Positions 47,262 to 57,782 of a stretch of 64,000 nucleotides of DNA are shown piece after piece. The notes beneath the pieces are model-generated. The model was given only the letters and a program-made list of their open reading frames with translations. It was not told the DNA's origin and made no database searches. The DNA lies in NCBI GenBank assembly GCA_016189025.1, contig JACPGS010000019.1, positions 16,272-80,271 on the forward strand, read 5' to 3'. The position numbers and the translations under genes are program-made. The stretch's first letter is position 1. Each line of letters opens with the position of its first letter. This stretch comes from Candidatus Magasanikiibacteriota bacterium. GTDB lineage: Bacteria > Patescibacteriota > Patescibacteriia > Magasanikbacterales > GWA2-37-8.

Positions 47262-50200
47262 ATGTACAAAACCATTTTTTTAAAATGGCTGCCAGCTCCA
47301 TTAGCGGCAATTTCCTTAGTTAGCTTGCTTTCGACGCCGGCTTTAGCATTGGAGAATGAAAATGTTGGCCCGTTGTCTGCTTCGTCTACTTTAGAGGCGC
47401 CGGTAGCGGACGCCTTGGCCACTTCTACCTTTCTTTTTGGCGCCTCTTCAACCACCGCTGTTTTAGAGCCAGGCAAACAACCGGGTAGTGATAAGACTGA
47501 TAAGGCGGCGGCAGAAAAGAAACAACGAAACTTTACGATTCCAATTTTTGATAAATCCCTGCGCGATAAGTATGGGGATAATTTAACGATTACCGATGAC
47601 GATGTATTCCTTGGCAGTGGCTTGATCAGCAGAACGGCCAGCACCACGCCCGCCGAAGCCGAACAAGCAGCCCGCGAGCGCCAGCGCGACTATGCAGCGC
47701 GGCGAGAGCGCATTAAAACCCGTCAGCAAAAGAAGGAGCAGTCATTACTTGCCCCTCGTTTCCGACCCGATGAACTGATTATTAAATTTAAGGTCAATGT
47801 TTCCGAGCTGGAGCGGGCAGAAGTATTGCGGGGGCAGGCATTAAAAGAGTTGGCCATTCGTTCTGTGCGTTCGCGCGTCGTTTTGCCGGGCGAAAAAATT
47901 ATCCTTAACAAGCAGTTAAAATTTGATGAGATGCGTTCGCTGGCGGCGACCCTGAAGCAGGATCCGCGCGTGGAATATGCGGAACCCAATTTTATCGCCC
48001 GCGCGTTGTCGGTAGCGCCCAATGACAGTGATTATGGCCAGCAGTGGGCGCTATCCAAAATACAAGCGCCGGATAGCTGGGAAATTACCACCGGCACCCC
48101 TTCGGCGGTGATTGCTATTTTAGATAGCGGCTGGAGCGCAACGCATCCCGACGCGCCGGCGCGTACGGTAGCAGGTTATGACTTTGTAGGCGATGACAGC
48201 GTGCCAGACGATGATAACGGCCATGGCACCTTGGTGACCGGGGTAATTGCCGGTAAAGCCAACAACGGCCTTGGCATTGCCGGCGTTTGTTGGGAGTGCG
48301 CCATTATGCCGGTTAAGGTGGTAAATAGCGTCGGAGAAGCCACTGTCGCGGATGTGGCAGACGGTATCCGGTGGGCCGTTGATCACGGAGCCAAAATTAT
48401 CAATATCAGCGTCGGCTCTTATGATTATTCGGTATATTTAAAAGAAGCCATTGATTATGCCCTAGCTCGGGACGTACTAGTGGTGGCGGCGGCTGGCAAT
48501 GATAAATCCAATTTTCCGGTGTACCCAGCCGCGTTGCCCGGTGTTATTGCCGTTTCGGCTACTACCAATGCCGACCAGTTGTGGGCTAGCTCAAATTATG
48601 GCGGTTATGTAACTTTAAGCGCCCCGGGTGAAAATATCTACAGCACGGATTTTAACGGCGGATATTCGTTAACGAGCGGCACCTCGTTAGCGAGCGCTTA
48701 CATTTCTGGGGCCTTGGGCATTCTGCAGTCGGCTAAACCCAATACCACTTCCACGCCATTGCTACAGGCGCTACTGGCCGGCGCTGATGATGTTGGTTTT
48801 GCTGGTAAAGACAGCTATTTCGGCGTCGGGCGGCTTAATATTATGAAGGCCCTGCAGGCGCTTTTGGGCAATAATTTAACCGGCGGTTTGCCGGAGAAGC
48901 CGGCGTATAGCGAGGATGATATATTTGGAGATGCTTTTTATTCCACCATTTCACTATCAGAAATCAGAAATTTTCTTAGTGCTCAAGCTGGCATACTCAA
49001 AAATTATCAAGAGGAGAGCCAAGGGCAAATTTTAGCCGGAGCAGATATTGCTGATATCGCTTCAATCGATAGTCAATTGGCGCCAATCAACCAGCGGATT
49101 CTTTTGGTGCTTTTAGAATTGAAAGCGCAAGTTATTACCAATTCTGCTCTTTCCCCGTCAACGTTACCGACTATATTTGGCGTTACTCAACAACAATATC
49201 TGCAATTTCTTCGCGCCATAGGTGTTTCTGAAGATAAATTAACACCCCTACCCACCACTGACCGTCTGCTCATTCAACTTACCTATGTAGCGGAAAAACT
49301 TCGGGAATACTTGAATTTAGGTGAATCAGGAGTGAGACAAATTATCTTTAAGGATGGTACGACGGTGGATACACCAACGCAAATTAACGCGGAGACTTAT
49401 GCACTGCAACGGCTGTTAGCTGAACAGGCGGATTCCCGCGCGCAATGGCAGCAATGGGTCTCAAAGAATGGCGGTTCTTTTTATGATTTATATCAACGTT
49501 GGTTTGGTACGCCGCTACAAACACTAGCTGGCAAAATAATTGAGCCACCCGCCATTCCTTTTTTACAGAAGCCGTATCGCGATGAAACATATTGGTGTGG
49601 TGTCACCAGTTTTTTTGATCATAAGTATCCTGTTTATTATTCTCAAGAAGTCGCTCGCGGTAATTTTGCTACCGACACCGTTGCATTATTCACAGGGAAT
49701 ATTCTAACTGCAGTGCCTACCACTACGGGATATAATTCTTATACTGGGCATGACGGGTTTGATATGCTTATTCGAGACTGTAATACATCCGGTCCTGCAG
49801 CTATTGGTAAAAATGTTCTTGCTGTCGCCGATGGCGTAGTCACGAAAGCCACTTCAACAAATTCGGCTGGTAATATCGTTTGGGTCGAACACGATGCGGA
49901 TGGTGACGGAAGAAATGATTACCGAACTGCCTACTATCATCTCAAAGAACCCAGTTCTCTTCATCCCGGTGTCACTGTATCAGCAGGTGTAACAATTATA
50001 GGGATAGCAGGCGATACAGGTCGTTCATCTAAAGGGGTACATTTGCATTTCGGCGTTTATAAATTGATCTATAATTCTAACGGTTCTTTTAATTCGGCTA
50101 AAGCTATTGACCCCTACGGCTGGTGGGGTGATTATCCTGATCCCTGGGAGGTGGCTAATAAATATGCCAAGAGTTCCTTTTTGTGGAAATCCTCCACCGA

Positions 50201-53200
50201 AGTTGATGACTTAGACCCAGGATTTACTGCGTTTAACAAACAATCCAAAGATACTCTATGGAATTATTATCCGAGTAAACTAGCCACCGCGGGTCGCGCG
50301 CTGTATACCTACGCCCAATTCCAGCCTGCCCGCCACTGGGATAACTGGGCGTTTTGGGGTGCGGATTTGCCTACCGCCGGTAAATATCAGGTATTTGCCT
50401 ATATCCCCTCCAGCACTTTAAAAAAGGAAATCTCCTCGGCCGTAATTTATCACGTTTATCACCAGGGAGGGATGACTACTACCACGGTTAACCAAAAGCA
50501 ATGGGCCGGGCAGTGGGCGCCGCTCGGTGAATTTATGTTTGAGGCCGGTGCTCATGCGGCGGTGCGGCTGGTGGACGAAACCGAGGACGCGGCCGATCAG
50601 GGCAAAGTGATCTGGGCCGATCGGGTTAAATGGATTCCGGTGGGCGACGCGCCGGCGCCTGCTCCACCGCCTCCGGATTTGCAGATTATGAATGACGGCA
50701 GTTTAAAGTTCGTGCGCTATACTCCCGGATTGCTCTCGCAACGTTATCAGTATTATCTGACGGCGACTGTTAAAAATATCGGCGGCAGCGACACGGTTGA
50801 TGCGGCGATCTGTTTTAAGGTTAAAGTCGGCGCGGAAAATGGGCAATGCGTGGGTAATAAAAAGCTCGGGGCGATTGCTGCTTCCCAATGGCAAACCATA
50901 AATTTGTCTTTTACCCTGGCGGATGACCTCGCCCGCTACTCTACCAGCACTATCGTGGGCGCGCTGACAATTGTGCCAACTAGCGTGTATCCCGCGGAGT
51001 CCGAGTCCGGCACCAGCAACAATAGCGTGGATCTTAGCCGCGGATTATTCGGCGACACGGTAGGCGGCGTGGATTTTACTCTAACCGAGTTATCCGGTTT
51101 GCAGATTGAGTCCGGCAGCGGCGACGTGAAATTTGTGATGAAATCCGAACAAGCCGCGGCCGGCGATGCAGTAATTGATTTGAACAATTTTCACTCCGAG
51201 ATGGCCAAAATATTTTTGCAAGCCTTGAGTATTCCCAACTACAAGCAGCATATTTCTCTTGATATCATCAAGATCAGCGGCGGTTATACCGGCCAAGCTG
51301 CCCTGGCGCCGCCGTTTGAACAGACTGATCAAGCCGATGCCATGCTGAATGCTGACCTAGCCATGAAATTTGATCTGTTCGGCAAATCTGACCTGGTTAC
51401 TTACGGCGATATTTGGACTAATTTAGTCAGCCAAAGTCCTTATTTGGCAGAAATCCAGGCCTCGGGTTTTCGCGAACAACCCCGCTGGATCATCGCCGCC
51501 ACCATTATCCCCGGCCGCATCACCGCCAGTCAGACCGGCAACACGATGTTTTTTGAAGACATTGATTTGGATATTAATACCGGCTGGTGGGTGGAGGAAC
51601 CTGCCCTTAATTTAACTCCTTACAATCTAAGCAGCGCGGCGCAGCAAGATTTGCAACAACGTTTAGCGGTTTATAAATCCCGGCTGGAAACTATTGTTAA
51701 AGATTACGCCAAAAATATTTTAATTCCCGAAATGAATAGTCCCGATGGCATTGCCGATCCCCGCTATAAGCGGCTGCGTTCGGTATACGGCGCCGTGGCC
51801 GCGGCGCAGTGGTATAAAGAACAGGTGCGCCGCAATCCGCAACTCCCGTTTGCCGCGCTGGTGGATTCCGAAAATCTTGCCGGGCTGGAATTGCCGACGC
51901 CGTTTGACCGCGCCTATTGGGATGTCCAGGCTTATCAATTGATCGCCAAGCAACCCTGCAACTGGTGGATTAATACGCCCGGCGAGTGTTCCCTGACAGG
52001 CGGCGCGGATTGGCAGCAAAGCCAGCCAGCCGTTACCGGCGCTCTGTCTTTTACCGAACAGTATATTGCCTCGTCTACTCTAGGCAGTTTTGAGGCAGTG
52101 CAGGGCAGCGGTATCAATTATGCTTTCGGGTCGGCTGTGCATGATGATAAGAATGCGCTGCCAGACATTGCTTTTAAAGATGCCGTGGTTACTGATCACA
52201 ATAATGAGAAGATTTTAGCCGGGGAGCCGGTGTCGTTTGTCGCCAGAACAACCAGCACTAATTTTCCCGCCTCGCAAGAATACTTTGTTAAGGTGCTTGA
52301 TACTTATTCTACTGAAGACGGACGCACCATTACCGACGAAACATGGTTGTTAAGACTTACTGCGGGCATTGGTAACTCCGAGATATTATCCACCACCGGG
52401 CGCGCCTTCCGTAATATTGGTTTGCATCATATTACTTTTGTGATTGACCCCTCTAATGATATTCCGGAATCCGACGAAACAAATAATACCCATGATTTAT
52501 ATATCAATGTTAAGCCGAACGGTTTGATCTTACAAGTGCGGCAACCGGCAGCGGGGGCAACGGTAATGCTTGACCCCGATCACCCGCTGGTGTTGAGAGG
52601 CGAAGCCTATGATGCCCCCCGGGAAGTTTATCTGTCTGGCACTTCGGTGGAATGGCGATCTGATGTTGATGGCTTTTTAGGGTACGGGCCGGTGGTGATT
52701 AAAGAAGCGTTGACGCCCGGGTTGCATACCTTTTCGTTTCTTGCTTTTGGCTTATACCACGAGGCAGTTACCACTACTCGTTTGAATGTACAAATCAAGC
52801 CCCAGCCGGGACTTGCCGTCAGCAGCAGCCAGGCCAGCGTTACCAGTTCGGCGACGTATGATTTTGGCAAAGTATATATTGGCGCCAGCAGCAGCGTTTC
52901 GTATGTGTTACGCAATAACGGCGCTGCCGACCTCAATTTTTATGATACGCCCCCGGTTATGGTGAGCGGGGCTGACGCCGGTGAATTTACCGTAGTAGAA
53001 CAGCCGCCGTCGGTATTGCCGCCGGGTTCCGCCGCTACCTTCACCATACGTTTTGCTTCAATGGCCACCGGGACAAAAGAGGCGGCTGTTAATATTGCCA
53101 ATAACGATCATCGTGTTGCGTTGTTTACTATTGAATTACGCGGCCGGGCGGAAATTGCACCGCTAATCTACGAATCTGGCTCGGACGGCGATACCAATCC

Positions 53201-56200
53201 CTGGTTCATCTACCCCTCTGGCACGGCCTCCACGCTCGCCAATGTGGTGGATGACGACCCGGCCCACGACCGCGTTATTCACCTCATCGCCAACACTCTG
53301 TCCACCCGCATGGTGTTCTATGCCCCGGCGAATAACCCCTGGCAATACCCCAGCTTCCCCGTCATGCAATGGGGCTTCAAGTACCAAAACCAGGCCAACT
53401 TCTTAATCATGCTCAAAACCGACAATCTCGCTCTCAACAACGGCTACCAGTATCTTTCTTATTCTACGCACAATACCCCGGGCTGGCGCGGCAATACTTT
53501 TTACTACCAGCTTGATCCGGCTTTGGCCGATGGTTCTTGGCGCACCTTGACTCGCAACCTCCAGCAGGATGTGAGCGCCTTTTCGCCCAACACTACCATC
53601 CTTGGTATTCAGTACTTCTCGGCCTATGGCACCGGGAGCATTGACAATCTGGCTTTGCTTAAAGAGGGTGCTCTCGCTACGGTTTCAGGCAAGGTCGCTG
53701 ACGCCAAGGGCAATCCTATCATTGGCGCTCTCATCAGCGCCCCGCCCTACCAGCTGACGACAGTTACCGACAGCCAAGGCAATTACCGCTTACCGGGGTT
53801 GCCCCAGGGCTCTTATACGCTCACTCCGGCAAAGTTTGGCCTTGATCTGCCTGCCGCTTCTACCACAGTTGCCGCCTCTGGCGTTGATATTTCCGGACTC
53901 AATCTCTCCGGCAACTTCGTGCTCTACGAATCCGGCGATGACCTGGACACCGCCCCCTGGTTCGTGAGCCCCGCCGGCACCGCTTCCACCCTGGCCAATG
54001 TCGGGGACGACACCAGCCACGGCCGCGCCATTGCCCTGACCGCTAACGACCCTTCCACCCGGATGGTGTTCTACGCTCCGGCGAATAATCCCTGGACACT
54101 CGCCACTCACCCGGTACTGCAGTGGGAAATGAAATACACCAGCGATCCGGAATTCCTGATCTATCTCAATACCACCGGCGGCGTTTATTATCTTTCCTAC
54201 GGCACCAACAATACTCCAGGCTGGCGGGGCAATAAGTTTTATTTTAAGCTTGATTCCAGCCTTAAAGATGGTAAATGGCACATTCTGGCCCGCGACCTCC
54301 AGACAGATGTCGCCTTGCTCTCGTCTACCACTACCATTACCGGTATTCAGTACTTCTCGGCCTATAATTCGGGCAGAATTGACAACCTCCAGCTTAAACC
54401 TATTCAACCTCTGGTCGCCGCCCTTACGGGCACGGTACGCGATGACGCCGGATATCCCGTTCCCGACGCCGCAGTGAGTATCGCTGCTTATCCAGTTGTT
54501 GTTCTCACCGACAGTCAGGGCATCTATAAGCTATTTGGATTGCCCTACGGAGATTATATTTTAGCAGTACAAAAGTCAGGTTATTACTTTCCCACCAGCT
54601 CAATCTCCTTCTCTGGCTATCGGCAATACGATATCAGTGGTACAGCTTTGTCTGTCGTCACCTACGAAGACGGCTCGGATGGCGACACCAGTCCCTGGTT
54701 TATCAGCCCCGGCGGCACTAATTCAACTCTGGCAAATATCGTGGATGACGACCCGGCGCACGACCGCGTTATCAGCCTGATTGCCAACGCCAATTCAACG
54801 CGAATGGTCTTCTACGCTCCCGCCACTAACCCCTGGGTTTTTCCTACGTTCCCTATCCTCCAGTGGGACGAGAAGTATGCCGGCGACTGGGAAGCGCTGA
54901 TCTATCTGGATACCTCGGCTGGAGCGCGCTATCTTTCCTACTCCCCGCATCACGCCAGCAATTACGTCTACAACAATAACACCGCCCGCCTGAAAGTTGA
55001 CGTGGCTCTCGCGGACGGCGCCTGGCATACCCTTACCCGCGATCTGCAAGCTGACTTCAATACGTTGTTCCCGGGCGTTACCATTACCGGCCTCAAGTAC
55101 TTCTCGGTTTACGGAACGGGGCGGGTAGATAATTTACGCCTACTTAAACAGTTGCCTGCTTCCCGTTTAAGTTTCGCCGATCCAGTATATTATGGATACG
55201 GTTCGTTTTATCAAGCCTCCGATTTAGCAGTCGGCGACCTGAATAAAGATGGAAACACGGATGTAGTAGTAATAGAAAATTTCATTTATTCTTCTCAAGG
55301 AAATGATGTTAATGTATTTTTTGGCAATAGTAACGGCACGTTTCAATTATCCCGAGACTACGCCAGCGGCAATGCCCAATTGCGGCGGGTGGCATTGCAA
55401 GATTTTAATGGCGATCAGTTTACTGATATTGCGGTAATCACCCACGGAGGCCAGACGGTATATGTATTCTTAAATCAAGGCGATGGCACGTTTGGCAATC
55501 CGGTCGGTTATCTTTTACCTGGTTGGGGGGAAGGATTGGCGGCGGCAGATGTAAATAACGACCATATATCGGATATCATTACGTCCAGCGGTGGCACCTA
55601 TAGCATCTTGCTGGGTAATGGTGATGGCAGTTTTCAGCCCCTCCTGACAGCGTATGTTAACAGTAAACCCTATGATATTCTTGCTGCCGACATGAATAAT
55701 GATGGCAAAATAGATTTAGTATTTGCTAACATGAATCAAAGCACGGTAGGTATTCTTTTAGGAAACGGCGACGGTATCTTTGGCAGTCAAGCCGAATACA
55801 TTACGGGGCGTTACCCGAGTGCTTTGACGGTAGGGGATTTTAATGGCGATAAACGGTTGGATATAGTGACGGCGGATCGCGCTACTATTAGTACACTGCT
55901 CGGCAACGGCGACGGCACTTTCCAGCCGGCGCAGATTAAAATAGGCGAATTTGAGAGCCTGATTGACATTGACGCCGCTGATTTTAATGGTGATGGTTTT
56001 TTAGATATTGCCGTTACCGATAGGCGTTGCTGCAATGACTACGCTAGCCGGGTATTAGTGATGACGGGCGACGGTCAGGGGTCATTTGCTAATGCCACTG
56101 AATATTTGGTAATTGGCTCCTTGGGGGCCTTAAAAAGTGATGATTTTAATCACGACAATAAGCCTGACGTTGCCGCATTAGGTAGTTCCTTAAGTATCTT

Positions 56201-56222
56201 GTTGAATACTACTGCCCCCTAG
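47262..56222 (+). CDS. Giant secreted multidomain hydrolase: S8 subtilase, LasA-like prodomain, M23 peptidase, golvesin-like domain, CARDB, choice-of-anchor-D-like Ig, three YEDG modules, FG-GAP/VCBS propeller
   Basis: S8 triad AILDSG / GHGTLVTG / SGTSLAS; M23 GHDGFD, YYHL, HLHFG; repeated GD(F/L)N.DG..D motifs at the C-terminus. Confidence 0.88.
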   Translation: MYKTIFLKWLPAPLAAISLVSLLSTPALALENENVGPLSASSTLEAPVADALATSTFLFGASSTTAVLEPGKQPGSDKTDKAAAEKKQRNFTIPIFDKSLRDKYGDNLTITDDDVFLGSGLISRTASTTPAEAEQAARERQRDYAARRERIKTRQQKKEQSLLAPRFRPDELIIKFKVNVSELERAEVLRGQALKELAIRSVRSRVVLPGEKIILNKQLKFDEMRSLAATLKQDPRVEYAEPNFIARALSVAPNDSDYGQQWALSKIQAPDSWEITTGTPSAVIAILDSGWSATHPDAPARTVAGYDFVGDDSVPDDDNGHGTLVTGVIAGKANNGLGIAGVCWECAIMPVKVVNSVGEATVADVADGIRWAVDHGAKIINISVGSYDYSVYLKEAIDYALARDVLVVAAAGNDKSNFPVYPAALPGVIAVSATTNADQLWASSNYGGYVTLSAPGENIYSTDFNGGYSLTSGTSLASAYISGALGILQSAKPNTTSTPLLQALLAGADDVGFAGKDSYFGVGRLNIMKALQALLGNNLTGGLPEKPAYSEDDIFGDAFYSTISLSEIRNFLSAQAGILKNYQEESQGQILAGADIADIASIDSQLAPINQRILLVLLELKAQVITNSALSPSTLPTIFGVTQQQYLQFLRAIGVSEDKLTPLPTTDRLLIQLTYVAEKLREYLNLGESGVRQIIFKDGTTVDTPTQINAETYALQRLLAEQADSRAQWQQWVSKNGGSFYDLYQRWFGTPLQTLAGKIIEPPAIPFLQKPYRDETYWCGVTSFFDHKYPVYYSQEVARGNFATDTVALFTGNILTAVPTTTGYNSYTGHDGFDMLIRDCNTSGPAAIGKNVLAVADGVVTKATSTNSAGNIVWVEHDADGDGRNDYRTAYYHLKEPSSLHPGVTVSAGVTIIGIAGDTGRSSKGVHLHFGVYKLIYNSNGSFNSAKAIDPYGWWGDYPDPWEVANKYAKSSFLWKSSTEVDDLDPGFTAFNKQSKDTLWNYYPSKLATAGRALYTYAQFQPARHWDNWAFWGADLPTAGKYQVFAYIPSSTLKKEISSAVIYHVYHQGGMTTTTVNQKQWAGQWAPLGEFMFEAGAHAAVRLVDETEDAADQGKVIWADRVKWIPVGDAPAPAPPPPDLQIMNDGSLKFVRYTPGLLSQRYQYYLTATVKNIGGSDTVDAAICFKVKVGAENGQCVGNKKLGAIAASQWQTINLSFTLADDLARYSTSTIVGALTIVPTSVYPAESESGTSNNSVDLSRGLFGDTVGGVDFTLTELSGLQIESGSGDVKFVMKSEQAAAGDAVIDLNNFHSEMAKIFLQALSIPNYKQHISLDIIKISGGYTGQAALAPPFEQTDQADAMLNADLAMKFDLFGKSDLVTYGDIWTNLVSQSPYLAEIQASGFREQPRWIIAATIIPGRITASQTGNTMFFEDIDLDINTGWWVEEPALNLTPYNLSSAAQQDLQQRLAVYKSRLETIVKDYAKNILIPEMNSPDGIADPRYKRLRSVYGAVAAAQWYKEQVRRNPQLPFAALVDSENLAGLELPTPFDRAYWDVQAYQLIAKQPCNWWINTPGECSLTGGADWQQSQPAVTGALSFTEQYIASSTLGSFEAVQGSGINYAFGSAVHDDKNALPDIAFKDAVVTDHNNEKILAGEPVSFVARTTSTNFPASQEYFVKVLDTYSTEDGRTITDETWLLRLTAGIGNSEILSTTGRAFRNIGLHHITFVIDPSNDIPESDETNNTHDLYINVKPNGLILQVRQPAAGATVMLDPDHPLVLRGEAYDAPREVYLSGTSVEWRSDVDGFLGYGPVVIKEALTPGLHTFSFLAFGLYHEAVTTTRLNVQIKPQPGLAVSSSQASVTSSATYDFGKVYIGASSSVSYVLRNNGAADLNFYDTPPVMVSGADAGEFTVVEQPPSVLPPGSAATFTIRFASMATGTKEAAVNIANNDHRVALFTIELRGRAEIAPLIYESGSDGDTNPWFIYPSGTASTLANVVDDDPAHDRVIHLIANTLSTRMVFYAPANNPWQYPSFPVMQWGFKYQNQANFLIMLKTDNLALNNGYQYLSYSTHNTPGWRGNTFYYQLDPALADGSWRTLTRNLQQDVSAFSPNTTILGIQYFSAYGTGSIDNLALLKEGALATVSGKVADAKGNPIIGALISAPPYQLTTVTDSQGNYRLPGLPQGSYTLTPAKFGLDLPAASTTVAASGVDISGLNLSGNFVLYESGDDLDTAPWFVSPAGTASTLANVGDDTSHGRAIALTANDPSTRMVFYAPANNPWTLATHPVLQWEMKYTSDPEFLIYLNTTGGVYYLSYGTNNTPGWRGNKFYFKLDSSLKDGKWHILARDLQTDVALLSSTTTITGIQYFSAYNSGRIDNLQLKPIQPLVAALTGTVRDDAGYPVPDAAVSIAAYPVVVLTDSQGIYKLFGLPYGDYILAVQKSGYYFPTSSISFSGYRQYDISGTALSVVTYEDGSDGDTSPWFISPGGTNSTLANIVDDDPAHDRVISLIANANSTRMVFYAPATNPWVFPTFPILQWDEKYAGDWEALIYLDTSAGARYLSYSPHHASNYVYNNNTARLKVDVALADGAWHTLTRDLQADFNTLFPGVTITGLKYFSVYGTGRVDNLRLLKQLPASRLSFADPVYYGYGSFYQASDLAVGDLNKDGNTDVVVIENFIYSSQGNDVNVFFGNSNGTFQLSRDYASGNAQLRRVALQDFNGDQFTDIAVITHGGQTVYVFLNQGDGTFGNPVGYLLPGWGEGLAAADVNNDHISDIITSSGGTYSILLGNGDGSFQPLLTAYVNSKPYDILAADMNNDGKIDLVFANMNQSTVGILLGNGDGIFGSQAEYITGRYPSALTVGDFNGDKRLDIVTADRATISTLLGNGDGTFQPAQIKIGEFESLIDIDAADFNGDGFLDIAVTDRRCCNDYASRVLVMTGDGQGSFANATEYLVIGSLGALKSDDFNHDNKPDVAALGSSLSILLNTTAP

Positions 56223-56255
56223 ACACCTTCCAGATTACTTTAACTCTAAAAGCGT

Positions 56256-56288
56256 AAATATCCTCGCTTCGTGCCGGGGATATTTTTT
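56256..56288 (+). terminator. Intrinsic terminator
   Basis: aaatatcctcg / cggggatatttttt; resembles 41240-41275. Confidence 0.65.
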
Positions 56289-56379
56289 GCGGTAGACTTC
56301 TTGTGCAAATTTTGATAATATTAAGGGGAGGCCTCAACCAGGTTGAATACAGGATATTATCATAATTCAAGGTAAAAAT

Positions 56380-57405
56380 ATGGATTTAACCCAAGCCAAT
56401 TACAATGCCTGGGCAGTAAAGCCGGAAGATTTCCCCAAAAACGGGCCGCTCTCCGAGCAGCTGAAGTTTTTGTTGCGATATGGCATTTTGGCGCCGTCCG
56501 CGCATAATACCCAACCATGGTATTTTGATATCAAGGATAATGTCATAGAGATATACATCAATAAAAAGCGAATACTCGGCGCCTCAGACCCTACCGGTAG
56601 GCAGACGTATGAGAGTATGGGCGCTTGTATAGAAAATTTAGTTATCGCGGCGAATTATTTTAATTTTCACGTACAAGTTAACTATTCTTTTGGCAAAGAA
56701 GACGATGAAAGGAAATTAGTTGCGATAGTGGCTGTTTCACTTTCTACAAGTTCTATCCGGCCACCCCTTGCTTCTTTGCTACCTTTTGTGCCAAAACGTC
56801 ATAGCGCAAAATTAGCATATCATAGGGATCGTTTGAGCGAAGATCAAAAGAAAGGTTTGATGAGCGCAAATGAGTGGCCAGATTTGGAGTTAAAAATTAT
56901 TGATGATTCGTACATAATTGGAAAGATAGCTTATTTGGTTGGTGAGGGGACGCGCCGTGCAATGCAATGGCCGGAGTTCTTAGAAGAACTACGAAACTGG
57001 TTAAAGCCAAATTGGACTAAAGAGTATGAAGGAATGCCCGGTTTTACAGTCGGTATGCCAGGCTTTGTTTCTTGGCTATTTCCAAAATTACTTGGAAAGA
57101 TTGACGTGAGTAGAATGCAAGAGAAAATGATGCAAAAATTAGTTAGAAAAACACCCGCTATTGGAATTATTTCTGTCTACAGTCAAGGGCCAATGGCCTG
57201 GATGAATGCTGGCAGGCTATTCGAGCGTATTTCACTCCTTGTTACTAAAGACGGTTTTGGGACATCTGCAATGGGGGCGCCAGTTGAGTTTAATGATATA
57301 GCCAGAAAATTAAAAATTATACTGCAAATAAGTGGCTGTCCGACTTTGGTTTTTAGAATCGGACGGCCTAAAGTTAATGTTGGGCATAGTCCACGTCATC
57401 TATAA
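56380..57405 (+). CDS. Acg-family FMN-binding nitroreductase-like oxidoreductase
   Basis: ILAPSAHNTQPW.F, DPTGRQ..S.GA..ENL, AWMNAGR.FERI.L, FRIG. Confidence 0.85.
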   Translation: MDLTQANYNAWAVKPEDFPKNGPLSEQLKFLLRYGILAPSAHNTQPWYFDIKDNVIEIYINKKRILGASDPTGRQTYESMGACIENLVIAANYFNFHVQVNYSFGKEDDERKLVAIVAVSLSTSSIRPPLASLLPFVPKRHSAKLAYHRDRLSEDQKKGLMSANEWPDLELKIIDDSYIIGKIAYLVGEGTRRAMQWPEFLEELRNWLKPNWTKEYEGMPGFTVGMPGFVSWLFPKLLGKIDVSRMQEKMMQKLVRKTPAIGIISVYSQGPMAWMNAGRLFERISLLVTKDGFGTSAMGAPVEFNDIARKLKIILQISGCPTLVFRIGRPKVNVGHSPRHL

Positions 57406-57477
57406 GACATCACACTCCAAAATCGGACTCACCACTAAATCCGAGCAAGGAGTAATTAAATTTGTTGGTGTTTAATT

Positions 57478-57760
57478 TGGATCAAGCAGCATCTCTCGAT
57501 TGAATCGTTCTGGGGACAGAGCGCGAATGCTGTCAAGATTCAAATCTGTGTTGCTCTCGCCGCGTACCTGCTGCTGACCGTTCTGAAGAAGCAACAGCGC
57601 AGCATCGATCGCAATTCCTACGAAATTCTACAAATTTTAACTGTGTCGCCATTCGATAAAACCCCCATAGCCAAGCTCGTTTCCGAGTTTCAGCTACCAA
57701 TTCCATGGCCATCTGGCCAGAAATAGGCTCAGTTATTGGAGTTTTAACGAGACACTAGTG
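57478..57760 (+). mobile_element. IS4-family transposase 3' remnant with right terminal repeat
   Basis: Translates WIKQHLSIESFWGQSANAVKIQICVALAAYLLL..LKK...YEILQILTVSPFDKTPI; ends ttaacgagacactagtg. Confidence 0.75.
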
Positions 57761-57782
57761 ACATCAATTTAGAATCAAACTT

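Noticed and set aside
39225-55155. Diversity-generating retroelement TR/VR pair
   Set aside because: Differences between the duplicated cassettes are not adenine-specific, both copies are coding, and there is no reverse transcriptase in the window
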